This document shows positions 23,331-36,235 of a stretch of 64,000 bases of DNA, in pieces. Location: positions 44,362-108,361 of the forward strand of contig NW_025215365.1 of the NCBI RefSeq assembly GCF_004010195.1, written 5' to 3'. Source of the stretch: Chiloscyllium plagiosum. Its lineage: Eukaryota. The translations under genes and the position numbers were made by a program. The stretch's first letter is position 1. Every line of letters begins with the position of its first letter. A model generated the notes under the pieces. It was not told the DNA's origin, ran no database searches, and worked only from the letters and a program-made list of their open reading frames with translations.

Positions 23331-24961
23331 ATAATGTGATAGCCAAAACAGTCCCCAGTTCTCTCACTGGGAATTGTGGAGGGAGTAACTAAGATTAGAT
23401 AAAAGTTTATTCTTACTTCAGTATTTTTCAATTCTGTTGTTCATTATATAAACCTTGATGCTCAGATTATTTTTGTTATAGCCTTACCAACCTGTGTTGC
23501 TGCTTTTAATGACTTGTGCGTTGGTCTGCTTGCATCCTCTTGCACCTCTATCTGATTTTAAAAGCACTAACTGACCTCCTTATTTTCGTTATTAAAATGT
23601 AATCCCTCTCAAGCTTAACCACACTGAGATGTGTCAGCTGGCTCTGAGTCCAGTCTGTCAGTTCTTGGGTGCGCTCGAGTAATTTGTTGCAGCCCTTGTA
23701 GTAATCTGTTGGCTATTTCACTTCAGCTTGGGCCGCCTGCAAATTTAAGCATTGCACCCTGTTACTTAATCCTAAAGTCTAAGTGGTTGACAAAGTTAGT
23801 GAATAGGACTGATCCTTAGGAGATGCCACCTCGAGCCATTGGGAGGTTGCTAAGGTGATAGGATGTTCCCTCTGAGCAGGACTGCCATTCAGTGGGCTGA
23901 ATGGCCACACACAGCAGTCCTAAAGAGACTGCACAAATGCTGGTCAGCACCTAGCGAAGAGATGACCAGTGCTGCTACTCTCTACTTTGCGTCTTTCAGC
24001 CAGTTAGCTATCTGTTATAAGGATCGTCCCCTGGTACTAGATTGGCCTGGCTGCGAAAGGTGGTGCCTGAGGATCGGGGACTTTGCCATCGTTTGGGTCT
24101 GGTTGGTGAAGTGGAAGGGCATTGGCATTGATGAGGTAGGCCCAGCAGCGAGGGACGCGACTCGGACATTGTCGGGCCTGGCACCGGCAGCAGGTGAGGC
24201 GGCGGTGGAGGAGAGTCGGTCCAGTGGCAAAACAAAAATGGCGCCCGAGGATTGGCAATGTCAACGTTGGTTGGATCCAGTGTAGGCGGCAGCGGGTTGG
24301 CAGAGGAGGAATGACAGCGCAGGCATCGTTGGCTCGGGACCGAAGGATTCTCTTTAAGCTTTACCTTATTCTTAAAACAATTCCAAATGGCACTGGATCA
24401 TGGCGACAGTGAAACAGCTTTCAATGTCTTCCTCACCACAAAATACATGTGACAAAAAATAAAGTCATTTTGTTTGTTTTTTAATCTTGGGAGGTGGAGC
24501 AAATTGCAAGGATGGGAAGGTCGTTGTATCGGGGGGAAAGCCCCCAGTGGAAGGAGCTGTGGACATGTGGAACACGCATCGTGACTCCCCATGGAATAAA
24601 TCCAGCAACTCACGTACAGAAACCATCCCCTCCCCTCCACCCCCCCCCCCCCCACCACCAACCTTTCAGGAAGGGTGACCATCCTGAAATGGCACCTCTC
24701 TGTCTCTCTCCCCAGGCCTGTTTAGGCTGGTCTCTCTTTGAGAACTCTTTGCAACCCCCACCTCTGGTTCACACCCGGCCTGGATTAAAAGGTGGGAATG
24801 CAGTCGTTAGAAAGGAGAAGGCTAAAGGCATTCAGTGCCTGAACAATAGGATCAGTGGGCCTAGACTCCTGCCCCCCCGCCCCCACACAATATTCCCATA
24901 CATTTTCCCTGTGCAGATGATGCATATATCCAGCAGCTTCTATTTTAAATTTCAACTTCTT

Positions 24962-25250
24962 ACACGGTGGCTCAGTGGTTAGCACGGCTGCCTCACAGCG
25001 CCATTGTCCCAGGTTCAATTCCCACCTCATTCTCCCTATGTCTGAGTGGGTTTCCTCCGGGTGCTCCGGTTTCCTCCCACAATCCAAAGATGTGCAGGTC
25101 AGGTGAATTGGCCGTGCTAAATTGCCCATAGTGTTAAGTAAAGGAGTAAATGTAGGGGAATGGGTCTGGGTGGGTTACGCTTCGGCGGGTCGGTGTGGAC
25201 TTGTTGGGCCGAAGGGCCTGTTTCCACACTGTGGGAAATCTAATCTAATC
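24962..25250 (+). mobile_element. HE1-type SINE (internal deletion)
   Basis: acggtggctcagtggttagcacggctgcctcacagc...gggcctgtttccacactg + (tctaa)n. Confidence 0.9.
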
Positions 25251-25261
25251 TACACCCACAG

Positions 25262-25850
25262 AATTGCTCAGACCTTTGAGTACAGGAGTTGGGATGTTGT
25301 GCACGATGTTGGTGAGGCCCCTTCTGGACTACAGTGCCCAGATCCAGTCGCCGTGCTACGGGAAGGATCTTATTAAATTGGAGAGGGTTCAGAAAAGATC
25401 TACCAGGATGTCTCCAGGAATGGAGCGCTTGAGATATAAGGAGAGGCTGGGGCTTTTCCTAGTGGAGCATAGGAGGTTGACCTGATAAGAGGTTTTATAA
25501 AATCATGAGGCGCATAGATAAAGTGAATAGCAAATGTCATTTTCCCTAGGATGTGGGATTTCAAAGTTACGGCATGCATTTTTAAGATGAGAAGAGAAAG
25601 ATTTAAGAAAGACTCGAGGGGCAATTTGTTTTACACAGAGAGTGGTTCATGTGTGGAATGAACTGCCGGAGGATGTGGGTGCAGTTACAAGGTTTAAAAA
25701 GCATTAAGGTAAGTAAATTAATAAGAAGTGTTTGGAGGGATATGGGCCAAGCACAGGCAGGTGGGACTAGTTCAGTCTGGGATTATGGTCGGCACGGACT
25801 GGTTGGACCCAAGGGTCTGTTTCCGAGCTGGATGAGTCTAAGGCTCTACG
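25262..25850 (+). mobile_element. CR1/HER1 LINE 3' end
   Basis: LVRPLLDYSAQIQSPCYGKDLIKLERVQKRSTRM plus tail. Confidence 0.85.
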
Positions 25851-26189
25851 AGAATTTCCCCGTTATTGAATGGTTAGCTATCCTGTTAAAAGCTTATCAG
25901 CATTCACAGAAGGTGAATGCTAATTTCCAAACTGACATCCAATTGTTGGCAGCAGCCTACTCAATATCCAAAGTTAATTACTTGCCATTTATAAATCACT
26001 AATGGTGTCGCCCAATAATTTCCCTTCCATCACACAAAGATAAGGAGTTAAATATAAGTCACAGCAGGCCTTAATATGTGAAGGTAATTATTTCCCATTG
26101 AATTCGGCTAAGCTTTGTTGACAATTCTGAGCTAAGCGCATCCGCAAATATAGCCGCCATGGTCTGTGAGCCATGATCTTAGATAGAAT

Positions 26190-26970
26190 GCTGAACAGCA
26201 TGGTGTAAAGTCAACAATCTCTCCACCAACATCAGCCAAACGAAGGAGCTGGTCATTGACTTCAGGAAGTGGAGTGGAGGGCACGACCCCTGCCAGCACC
26301 AATGGGGCTGAGGTGGAGGTGATCCAGAGCGTCACATTCCTGGGAGTGACGATCACCAACGATCTGTCCTGGTCCACCCAGGGTGGCACTACCAGTAAGA
26401 AAGCACAATATTGCCCCTACTTCCTCAGGAGATGAAGGAAATTCGGCAGGTCCACAAAGACTCTGACTAGTTTTTATAGACGCACCACAGAAAGCATCCT
26501 GCCTCGATGCATCAGAGCTGGGTATGGCAACTACTTTTCCAAAGACTGTAAGAAACTACAGAGAGCAGTGAACACAGCTCAGTCCATCACACAAACCAGC
26601 TTTCCATCCACTAATTCCATCTATACTTCCCACTGCCTCAGGAAAGCAAGCAACATAATCAAAGGCCCCTCCCACCCTGGTTATACTCTCTTCCACCATC
26701 TTCTGTTGGGCAGAAGATATAAAGGTTTGTATACAGGTATGAACAGATTCAAGAACAGCTTCTCCCCCGCTGTTATCAGACTCTTGAACGGACTTCTTTA
26801 ATGTTAATGTTGATCTCTCTCTGCACTTTCTCAGCAGCTGTAACAGTGTATCCTGCACTCAGCTCTGTTACCCTGATGCACTTGTATACTACGATCTGAC
26901 CGTAAAGCACGGAAGGCAACACTTTTCACTGTAGCTCAGTACACGGGACAGTAACAAATCAAATCAAATC
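26190..26970 (+). mobile_element. Rex1/Babar-type LINE 3' end
   Basis: aaggagctggtcattgacttcaggaag (KELVIDFRK), FLGVTITNDLSWST, NTAQSITQTSFPS...PSHPGYTLF..RFKNSFSPAVIRLLN; (aaatc)n tail. Confidence 0.85.
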
Positions 26971-27149
26971 AGTGTCTAATGCTCTCAGCTCAAAGGCGTA
27001 AGGAAGGAGAATAAAACATTGCTTCAGAGCTTTGACACAAAACTCAAGGAGTGAAGTCAGTGCAGTCAAGGGAGTTTGAATGAGATGTTAGATATCAGTC
27101 TGATCAGATCAATGGTAGGCCCCACAGGAGCAAAGGAACTTTCTCTTTG

Positions 27150-27375
27150 TGTCTCAAACAGTAATTTACGCCTCAGTCAGCCACAGGAAAAGAGATCATC
27201 CGTTTGTGATCATTTTGCTGTTACTAGATCCTTGCTGTGTGTCCAATTGGTTGCAACAGTTCTACTATGTCAAGAGTGACTACATTTCCAAAATACTTCA
27301 GTGGTTGCAAAGTGCTTTGGGACATCTTGTAAACATGAAAGGCGCTAGGCAAACGCATGACTTTATGTTGTATCT
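27150..27375 (+). mobile_element. Ancient DeuSINE-like (SacSINE/AmnSINE-type) 3' portion
   Basis: gatccttgctgtgtg...gtgactacattt..aatacttca..aagtgctttgggacatc..tgaaaggcgcta resembles the recalled consensus. Confidence 0.55.
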
Positions 27376-27464
27376 TTCTCCGTTCTCCTTACATTCTACA
27401 GGCCAATGGTGACTGTTATTTCACACACAAATTCAGTGAAAGAGTGAGGAGAAAATTTTGAAAC

Positions 27465-30200
27465 CCCCTGATCTCCTCAGTAATATTCCAGTCTGTAACT
27501 CACTCCCAGGTATCTGTTAATCCAGATATAAAACTCACTGATCTCCTCGATTAGATTCCAGCCTGTAACTCGTTCCCAGGTATCTTTTATTCCAGATATA
27601 AAACCCCTGGTCTCCTCAATTAGATTCCAGTCTGTAACTTACTCATGGGTTTCTGTTATTCTCTTTGTAAACCCCCTGAACCCCTCAATTAGATTCCAGT
27701 CTGTAACACATTCCCAGGTATCTGTAATTCTATATGTAAAACCATCTGATCTCTTCAATTCAATTCCAGTCTGTAACTCACTCCGGAGTATCCATTATAG
27801 TATATATAAACTCCTGAACCCTTTGATTAGATTCCACTACATAGCTCACTCCCAAGTATCTGTTATTCTCTACGTAAAGCCCCCAATCTCCTCGATTAGG
27901 TTCCAGTCTGTAACTCACTCCTGGGTGACTGTTATTCTAAATATATATAAACCCCCGGTCTGTTTGATTAGATTCCAGTCTATAACTGATTCACAAATAT
28001 CTGTTATTCAACATATAAACCCCTGAACCCTTCAAATAGATTCCAATCTGTAACTCACTCCCGGGTATCTGTTATTCTGTATATAAAGCGCACAGAAACC
28101 CTCAATTAGATTCCAATCTGTAACTCACTCCTTAGTATCTATTATTCTGTATATAATGCATATGAAGCCCTCAATTAGATTCTGGATTGAACTCACTCCC
28201 GGGTATCTGTTATTCTATATATAAACCACACTGAACCCCTCAATTAGGTTCCAGTCTAACTCCCTCCCGGGTATCTGTTATTCTATATATAAACCACACT
28301 GAACCCCACAATTAGGTTCCAGTCTAACTCACTCCCGCGTATCTGTTATTCTATATATAAACCACACTGAACCCCACAATTAGGTTCCAGTCTAACTCAC
28401 TCCCGCGTATCTGTTATTCTATATATAAACCACACTGAACCCCACAATTAGGTTCCAGTCTAACTCACTCCCGCGTATCTGTTATTCTATATATAAACCA
28501 CACTGAACCCCACAATTAGGTTCCAGTCTAACTCACTCCCGCGTATCTGTTATTCTATATATAAACCACACTGAACCCCTCAATTAGGTTCCAGTATAAC
28601 TCCCTCCCGGGTCTCTGTTATTCTATATATAAACCACACTGAACCCCTCAATTAGGTTCCAGTATAACTCCCTCCCGGGTCTCTGTTATTCTATATATAA
28701 ACCACACTGAACCCCTCAATTAGGTTCCAGTATAACTCCCTCCCGGGTCTCTGTTATTCTATATATAAACCACACTGAACCCCTCAATTAGGTTCCAGTA
28801 TAACTCCCTCCCGGGTCTCTGTTATTCTATATATAAACCACACTGAACCCCTCAATTAGGTTCCAGTATAACTCCCTCCCGGGTCTCTGTTATTCTATAT
28901 ATAAACCACACTGAACCCCTCAATTAGGTTCCAGTATAACTCCCTCCCGGGTCTCTGTTATTCTATATATAAACCACACTGAACCCCTCAATTAGGTTCC
29001 AGTATAACTCCCTCCCGGGTCTCTGTTATTCTATATATAAACCACACTGAACCCCTCAATTAGGTTCCAGTATAACTCCCTCCCGGGTCTCTGTTATTCT
29101 ATATATAAACCACACTGAACCCCTCAATTAGGTTCCAGTATAACTCCCTCCCGGGTCTCTGTTATTCTATATATAAACCACACTGAACCCCACAATTAGG
29201 TTCCAGTCTAACTCCCTCCCGGGTATCTGTTATTCTATATATAAACCACACTGAACCCCTCAATTAGGTTCCAGTATAACTCCCTCCCGGGTCTCTGTTA
29301 TTCTATATATAAACCACACTGAACCCCTCAATTAGGTTCCAGTATAACTCCCTCCCGGGTCTCTGTTATTCTATATATAAACCACACTGAACCCCTCAAT
29401 TAGGTTCCAGTATAACTCCCTCCCGGGTCTCTGTTATTCTATATATAAACCACACTGAACCCCTCAATTAGGTTCCAGTATAACTCCCTCCCGGGTCTCT
29501 GTTATTCTATATATAAACCACACTGAACCCCTCAATTAGGTTCCAGTATAACTCCCTCCCGGGTCTCTGTTATTCTATATATAAACCACACTGAACCCCT
29601 CAATTAGGTTCCAGTATAACTCCCTCCCGGGTCTCTGTTATTCTATATATAAACCACACTGAACCCCTCAATTAGGTTCCAGTATAACTCCCTCCCGGGT
29701 CTCTGTTATTCTATATATAAACCACACTGAACCCCTCAATTAGGTTCCAGTATAACTCACTCCCGGGTATCTGTTATTCTATATATAAACCACACTGAAC
29801 CCCACAATTAGGTTCCAGTCTAACTCACTCCCGGGTATCTGTTATTCTATATATAAACCACACTGAACCCCACAATTAGGTTCCAGTCTAACTCACTCCC
29901 GGGTATCTGTTATTCTATATATAAACACCACAAACCCCTTAATTAGATTTCAGTCTGTTCCAGTCTAACTCACTCCCGGGTATCTGTTATTCAATATATA
30001 AACCACACTGAACCCCACAATTAGGTTCCAGTCTAACTCACTCCCGGGTATCTGATATTCTATATATAAACACCACAAACCCCTTAATTAGATTTCAGTC
30101 TGTAACTCACTCCTGAGTGTCTGTTGTTCTATTATAAATCCCTGATCCGGTGGATTAGATTGCAACTCATTCCCAGGTATCTGTTATTCTATATATAAAT
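27465..30200. repeat. Tandem array, 68-bp unit, ~40 copies
   Basis: Unit gaacccctcaattaggttccagtataactccctcccgggtctctgttattctatatataaaccacact; period 28981 to 29049. Confidence 0.97.
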
Positions 30201-30344
30201 GTCTCCAACCCCTTCCAAAAGATGTGTTCTCATCTCCTGTCTGGCCTACCCTCCGTTCCCCCCCGCCCCGATCTCCCATCAAAGACAGCATGCCTGAATA
30301 TATCAAGCTCTGTATATTTGACAGCAGTTTCTGATGTTTCCTAC

Positions 30345-30457
30345 CTGTAGCTGCACATTAGCTCCGACCTGGACTGCCTGGTAAGAATCCCCATTCAGAG
30401 CCTGCATGCTCATGTACAGATCTCCTGTGCCAGCCATGTTATACGATGTCGACGAAC
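30345..30457 (-). CDS. PBX: PBX-family gene, internal coding exon (equivalent to alternatively spliced exon 7 of PBX1), 113 nt
   Basis: Acceptor ttctattcggcag|, donor CAG|gtagga; translates (G)[37 protein letters not shown] vs recalled PBX1 [38 protein letters not shown]; phase 1-0, joins in frame to 18840. Confidence 0.95.
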
Positions 30458-31454
30458 CTGCCGAATAGAAAGGTAGTCCCTGTGTGAACAGGTTTGCAGC
30501 AGCGCCATCGCCTTCAAATCCCATTGGCCAACAACATATCCTTCTTTAGCTGAAGGATTCCCAAGGATTGAGCATCGAAAACTCTCTGAGCTCGACGTCA
30601 TCTCAGGTCCACCATCCCCTTAGAAGAAGATTCAGCTCATCGACTTGGCCAGTTCCTCATTCTGAGATTGAGGGCCCTGGGTCTTAAACTCTACAAACAT
30701 CGGAGGCAACCTCCCGTCTCAACAAGCCCCTGAACGATTTCACCTCTTTGACACTCTGGGGAATCTGAGCTCCATCGACTCAGTCTTTCCTATCTCTGTC
30801 CACAATCTCCTCTACTGTGTGTCTTGAGTTGTCGTGACACCCTTTCCAGCACTTCCCTTATGTAAAGGAAGTCAGAACCATGCACAGTGCTCTTGGTATG
30901 ATCTCACTAAGGCCTTGTGTAACCGCAGAGACCCCTGTACGCTTAGTCTCCAGTTTTGCTCTTATAAAGGGAAACGTACCATTTTCTTGACTAATTGCAG
31001 CTACAACCAACATTTTGCGTGCGCAAGGACATCTGATCTCACGGAGAACCAACCCTCGAGTCAACAGCATTTGAAAATAGTCTGTCTTTCCCTTTCTCTT
31101 GTTAATTTGGTAAAACCAGCTTTTTTCCACATGGTATAGCCTCTGTCCCTTTGCCACACCTTACTGCCTGCCTGCCCGCTTTAGCAGTCCCTTTCTGTCT
31201 TGCTGGATTCTAGCTTTTGCCAGAAAACTTGGGAATTCATTTCCTCATCTAAGCCACTGACCATAGATGATAAAGAGTTGAGATCCATGTGATGATTTTT
31301 CACTCGTTATCGCTTGCCAACGCAAGAAACGGCCTGTTTACTTTTCACCTCCAGTTTCTGTCCTTTACCCAATTCATCCATTCAAGCTAATGTTATCCAA
31401 GTTCTATCAGCACGAATTTTTATATACCCATCCTGTCTTGCATCTTACTATCAT

Positions 31455-31805
31455 CATAGACTCCCGACAGGACAGAAACAGGCCATTTAGCCCACCAGGG
31501 CCTGCAGCGATCCTCTGAACAGCAGCCCACCTAGACCCATGCAATCCCACCCTATCCCTGTAACCCTGCATTTCCCATAGCTAACCCACCCAGCCTGCAC
31601 ATCCCTGAACACGATGGGCAATTTGACATGTTTGATTCACCTAACCTGCATATCTTTGGACTGTGGGAGGAAACTGGAGCACCCAAAGGAACCCACGCAG
31701 ACACGGGGAGAAGGTACAAACTCCACACAGACAGTCGCCTGAGGCGGGAATCGAACTCGGGTCACTGACGCTGTGAGGCAGTGGTGCTAACCACTGAGCC
31801 ACTGT
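31455..31805 (-). mobile_element. HE1-type SINE
   Basis: Full head, V-domain and tail in reverse orientation. Confidence 0.9.
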
Positions 31806-31987
31806 ACTGTGAATCGTCTCTGAACCCAAATGCACAAAATTCACTTGGTCTCATCAATCAATGCTTTTACATCCTCAGGGAAACGCCAACAGCTTGGTCA
31901 AACATGATTTCCCTTGTACAATTACCTGCTGACATTGTGTAACCATATCACCATCTTCCCAGGGGCCGCTTAACATTCCCTTAAAAA

Positions 31988-32310
31988 GGGCAGCACGGTG
32001 GCTCAGTGGTTAGCACTGCTGCCTCACAGCACCAGGGACCCGAGTTCGATTTCAGCCTCCGGCGACTGTCTGAGTGGGGTTTGCACATTCTCCCCGTGTC
32101 TGCGTGGGTTTCCTCCAGGTGCTCCGGTTTCCTCCCACAGTCCAAAGATGTGCAGGTCAGGTGAATTGGCCACGCCAAATTGTCCATAGTGTTAGGTGCA
32201 TTAGTCAGAGAGAATTGGGTCTGGATGGGTTACTCTTCGGTGGGTCAGCATGGACTTATTGGGCCAAAGGGCCTGTTTCTATACTGTAGGGAATCTAATC
32301 TAATCTAATC
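31988..32310 (+). mobile_element. HE1-type SINE
   Basis: gggcagcacggtggctcagtggttagc...(tctaa)n tail. Confidence 0.92.
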
Positions 32311-32312
32311 TA

Positions 32313-33185
32313 TTGTACATGGGGTGTGGAAGGGGGTTAAATGGGTGGATAGAACGTGTGATAGGGGAGAGTGTACACGGGGTGGGGAAGGGGGTTAAAT
32401 GGGTGGGTGGGTGTGTGATAGGGGANNNNNNNNNNNNNNNNNNNNNNNNNNNNNNNNNNNNNNNNNNNNNNNNNNNNNNNNNNNNNNNNNNNNNNNNNNN
32501 NNNNNNNNNNNNNNNNNNNNNNNNNNNNNNNNNNNNNNNNNNNNNNNNNNNNNNNNNNNNNNNNNNNNNNNNNNNNNNNNNNNNNNNNNNNNNNNNNNNN
32601 NNNNNNNNNNNNNNNNNNNNNNNNNNNNNNNNNNNNNNNNNNNNNNNNNNNNNNNNNNNNNNNNNNNNNNNNNNNNNNNNNNNNNNNNNNNNNNNNNNNN
32701 NNNNNNNNNNNNNNNNNNNNNNNNNNNNNNNNNNNNNNNNNNNNNNNNNNNNNNNNNNNNNNNNNNNNNNNNNNNNNNNNNNNNNNNNNNNNNNNNNNNN
32801 NNNNNNNNNNNNNNNNNNNNNNNNNNNNNNNNNNNNNNNNNNNNNNNNNNNNNNNNNNNNNNNNNNNNNNNNNNNNNNNNNNNNNNNNNNNNNNNNNNNN
32901 NNNNNNNNNNNNNNNNNNNNNNNNNNNNNNNNNNNNNNNNNNNNNNNNNNNNNNNNNNNNNNNNNNNNNNNNNNNNNNNNNNNNNNNNNNNNNNNNNNNN
33001 NNNNNNNNNNNNNNNNNNNNNNNNNNNNNNNNNNNNNNNNNNNNNNNNNNNNNNNNNNNNNNNNNNNNNNNNNNNNNNNNNNNNNNNNNNNNNNNGTGTG
33101 ATTGGGGAGGGTGTACATGGGGTGGGGAAGGGGGTTAAGTGGGTGGGTGTAGAGTGTCAGTGATAGGGGAGAGTGTACTTGGGAG
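32313..33185. repeat. G-rich minisatellite spanning an assembly gap (N 32426-33095)
   Basis: gtgtgat(a/t)ggggag.gtgtaca.ggggtggggaagggggttaa.tgggtgg present on both sides of the gap. Confidence 0.75.
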
Positions 33186-33257
33186 TCGGACAAAATGGGC
33201 TGATATCCCACATCTTTTCGGTTCTGTTAAATTTGTAACAGAGCTCACTTTAGGTCG

Positions 33258-33830
33258 ATGAAGATAGAGCAGTGGATGTGGTGTACATGGATTTTACCAA
33301 GGTTCCCTATGGTAGGCTCATTCGGAAAGTAAGGAGGCAAGGGATACAGGGAAACCTGGCTGTCCGAATACAGAATTGGCTGGCCCATAGATGACAGTGG
33401 GTGGTGGTAGATGGAAAGTATCCAGCCTGGAGCTCGGAGACCAATGGTGCTCTGCAGCGATCTGTTCTGGGTCCTCTGCTCTTCGTGATTTTTATAAATG
33501 CTTGGATGAGGGAGTGGAAGGATGGGTTAGTAGGTTTGCTGATGACATGAAGGTTGGTGGAGTTGTGGATTGGTGGAGGGCTGTTGTAGCTTGCAACGAG
33601 ACATTAACAGGATGCAGTGCTGGGCTGAGAAGTGGCAGATAGAGTTCAGCTTGGAAAAGTGTGAAATGATTCACTATGGAAGGTCGAATTTGAATGCAGA
33701 ATACAGGATTAAAGGCAGTATTCTTGGCATTGTGGAGGAACAGAGGGATCTTGGGGCCCATGACCATAGATCCCTCAAAGTCACCACCCAAGTTGATAGG
33801 GTTGTTACAGGTTTATGGTGTTATTTATAG
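33258..33830 (+). mobile_element. CR1 RT fragment
   Basis: EGWVSRFADDMKVGGVVD; RMQCWAEKWQIEF. Confidence 0.9.
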
Positions 33831-34325
33831 AGTTGCATAGCACGGAAACAGACCCTTCAATCCATCTCGTTCATGCTGCCAGGTTTCCCAACTAAACTAG
33901 TCCCACCTGCCTGCATTTTGTCCATATTCCTTTAACCCTTTCCTATTCATCTTCCTGTCCAAATGTCATTGAAATATTGTAACAGTACCTGCATCTACCA
34001 CTTCTTCTGGCAGTTCATTCCAGATATGAACCATCCTCTGTATAAAAAGGTTACCCCTCAGATCCCTTTTAAATCTTTCTCCTCTCACCTTAAAAATATG
34101 TCTTCCAGTTTTGAACTCCCTGACCCCAGGGAAAAGACCTTGTCTATTCACCTTATTTATGTCCCTCATGATTTTATACACCTCTATATGATCACCCCCT
34201 CAGCCTCCTAAGCTCCAGTGAAAAATGTCCCAGCCTATCCAGCTTCTCCTTATCACTCAAACCCTCCAGTCCCAGTAACGTCCTTGTAAATCTTTTCCAC
34301 ACCCTCTTCAATTTATTAATATCCT
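33830..34325 (-). mobile_element. CR1/HER1 LINE 3' end
   Basis: MYKIMRDINKVNRQGLFPGVREFKTGRH...WNELPEEVVDAGT. Confidence 0.88.
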
Positions 34326-34829
34326 TCCAAATTTGACCTAATGCCTGTTTATGTGGCTTACTCCTATACTTTGCTTGGTAAGACTCCTCCAACCTTTGAT
34401 CACTCATGGACCCTTCAATTTTCCCACTCCTGCTATTTGTACATCATACTTTAGCCTTGGCTCTGGTTACTAAAACCTTCCCTTCTCCACTTAGCTCTAC
34501 ACATCTAAAACCTGCTTGAAATCCATCTTAAAATCCTCCTAAATCGTTGTTTCAATTGCTCTGTGTGTATTGTTCGTTGATTTGTACTTCATTTGCCTTA
34601 CTGCTGTCATTCCACCTTCACATCCTAAAAGGTTGCTTGAGTTGATCTCTACATGAGTGGCAACTGGTAAGAAGGGAACAGAGTACTTCATAAACATACC
34701 AGTTCTTTCTTGCCTTGCAATCCAACTAAAGGAGACACACTCAACATTATCACTGGAAACAAACAGGAATAATATAGGTTTGGATCTAATGTTTAGAATA
34801 GGGTCAGACTGATTTTCGGGCAAGTGCAA

Positions 34830-35432
34830 CATTACAAGTGAGGAGGGCTGTTGTCGGCTGCAAAGGGACTTAGATATGATGCAGAGCTGGGCTGAGGAGT
34901 GGCAGATGGAGTTCAACCCTGCCAAGTATGAGGTTGTCCATTTTGGAAAGACAAATAAGAATGCAGAATACAGGGTTAACGGTAAGGTTCTTAGTAAGGT
35001 GGAGGAGCAGAGGGATCTTGGGGTCTATGTTCATAGATCTTTGAAAGTTGCCAATCAGGTGGATAGAGCTTGTAAGAAGGCCTATGGTGTATTAGCGTTC
35101 ATTAGCAGAGGGATTGAATTCAAGAGTCGTGAAGTGATGTTACAGCTGTACAGGACTTTGGTTAGGCCACATTTGGAGTACTATGTGCAGTTCTGGTCGC
35201 CTCACTTTAGGAAAGATGTGGAAACTTTGGAGAGGGTGCAGAGAAGATTTACCCAGAGAGTGGTGGGGGCATGGAATGCGCTGCCTGTGGGAGTGGCAGA
35301 GTCAGAATCATTGGTGACCTTTAAGTGGCAATTGGATAGGTACATGGATAGGTGCTTAAGCTAGGACAAATGTTCGGCACAACATCGTGGGCCCAAGGGC
35401 CTGTTCTATGCTGTATTGTTCTATGTTCTATG
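34830..35432 (+). mobile_element. CR1 LINE 3' part (internally deleted)
   Basis: ORF 34876-35364: WAEEWQMEFNPAK...LVRPHLEYYVQFWSPH; (tatgttc)n tail. Confidence 0.92.
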
Positions 35433-35639
35433 TACAAGTCATTTATTTATATAATGTAATGAAACATACCAAGGTATTTCACAGACACAACATAAAACTA
35501 AATGCAGGTTGTTCTGCTATAACGCACATTTCATCAACACAAATTGGCTATAATGCGATTGATGAATTGTGGACATTGTTTAGATAATGTGACCTTTCTA
35601 CTGAAACGGTATAGCGATTTTTATTAGCGATCTCCTGCT

Positions 35640-36235
35640 GCAGAGGGATTGAGTTTAAGAGCTCTGAGGTTAAGCTGCACCTCTTCAGAGCCCTGGTTAG
35701 ACCTCACTTGGAATATTGTGTTCAGTTCTGGTCACCTCATTACAGGAAGGATGTGGAAGCTTTAGAGAGGGTGCAGAGATTTACCAGGATTCTGCCTGGA
35801 CTGCAGGGCGTATGTCTTATGAAGAAAGGTTGAGGGAACTAGGGCTTTTCTCATTGGAACAAAGAAGGATGAGGGGTGACTTGATAGAGGTGTACAAGAT
35901 GATGAGAGGTACAGATAGAGTGGATAGTCAGAGACTTTTTCCCAGGGCGGAAATGGCTATCATGAGGGGGCATAATTTCAAGGTGACTGGAGGAAGGTTT
36001 AGGGGAGATGTCAGAGGTTGGTTCTTTACACAGAGAGTGATGGGTGTGTGAAATGCACTACTGGCAGTGGTAGTAGTGTCAGATACATTAGGGACACTTA
36101 ATGGATAGGCAGATGGATGATAGTCAAATGTGGGGTATGTAGGTTAGTTTGACCTTAAGGTAGGATAGAAGGCCAGCACAACATCAAGGGCTGAAGGGCC
36201 TGTACTGTGTTGAACAGTTCCATATTCTATATGTT
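35640..36235 (+). mobile_element. CR1 LINE 3' end
   Basis: MSYEERLRELGLFSLEQRRMRGDLIEVYKMMRG. Confidence 0.9.

Noticed and set aside
11934..30200. Tandem arrays as CRISPR-like loci
   Set aside because: Head-to-tail monomers with no unique spacers, in vertebrate DNA
31988..32065. tRNA-like sequence (and similar heads elsewhere)
   Set aside because: These are SINE heads that continue into the V-domain and LINE-like tail, not tRNA genes
32300..33211. ORFs of 254-303 aa
   Set aside because: Mostly X from the second gap
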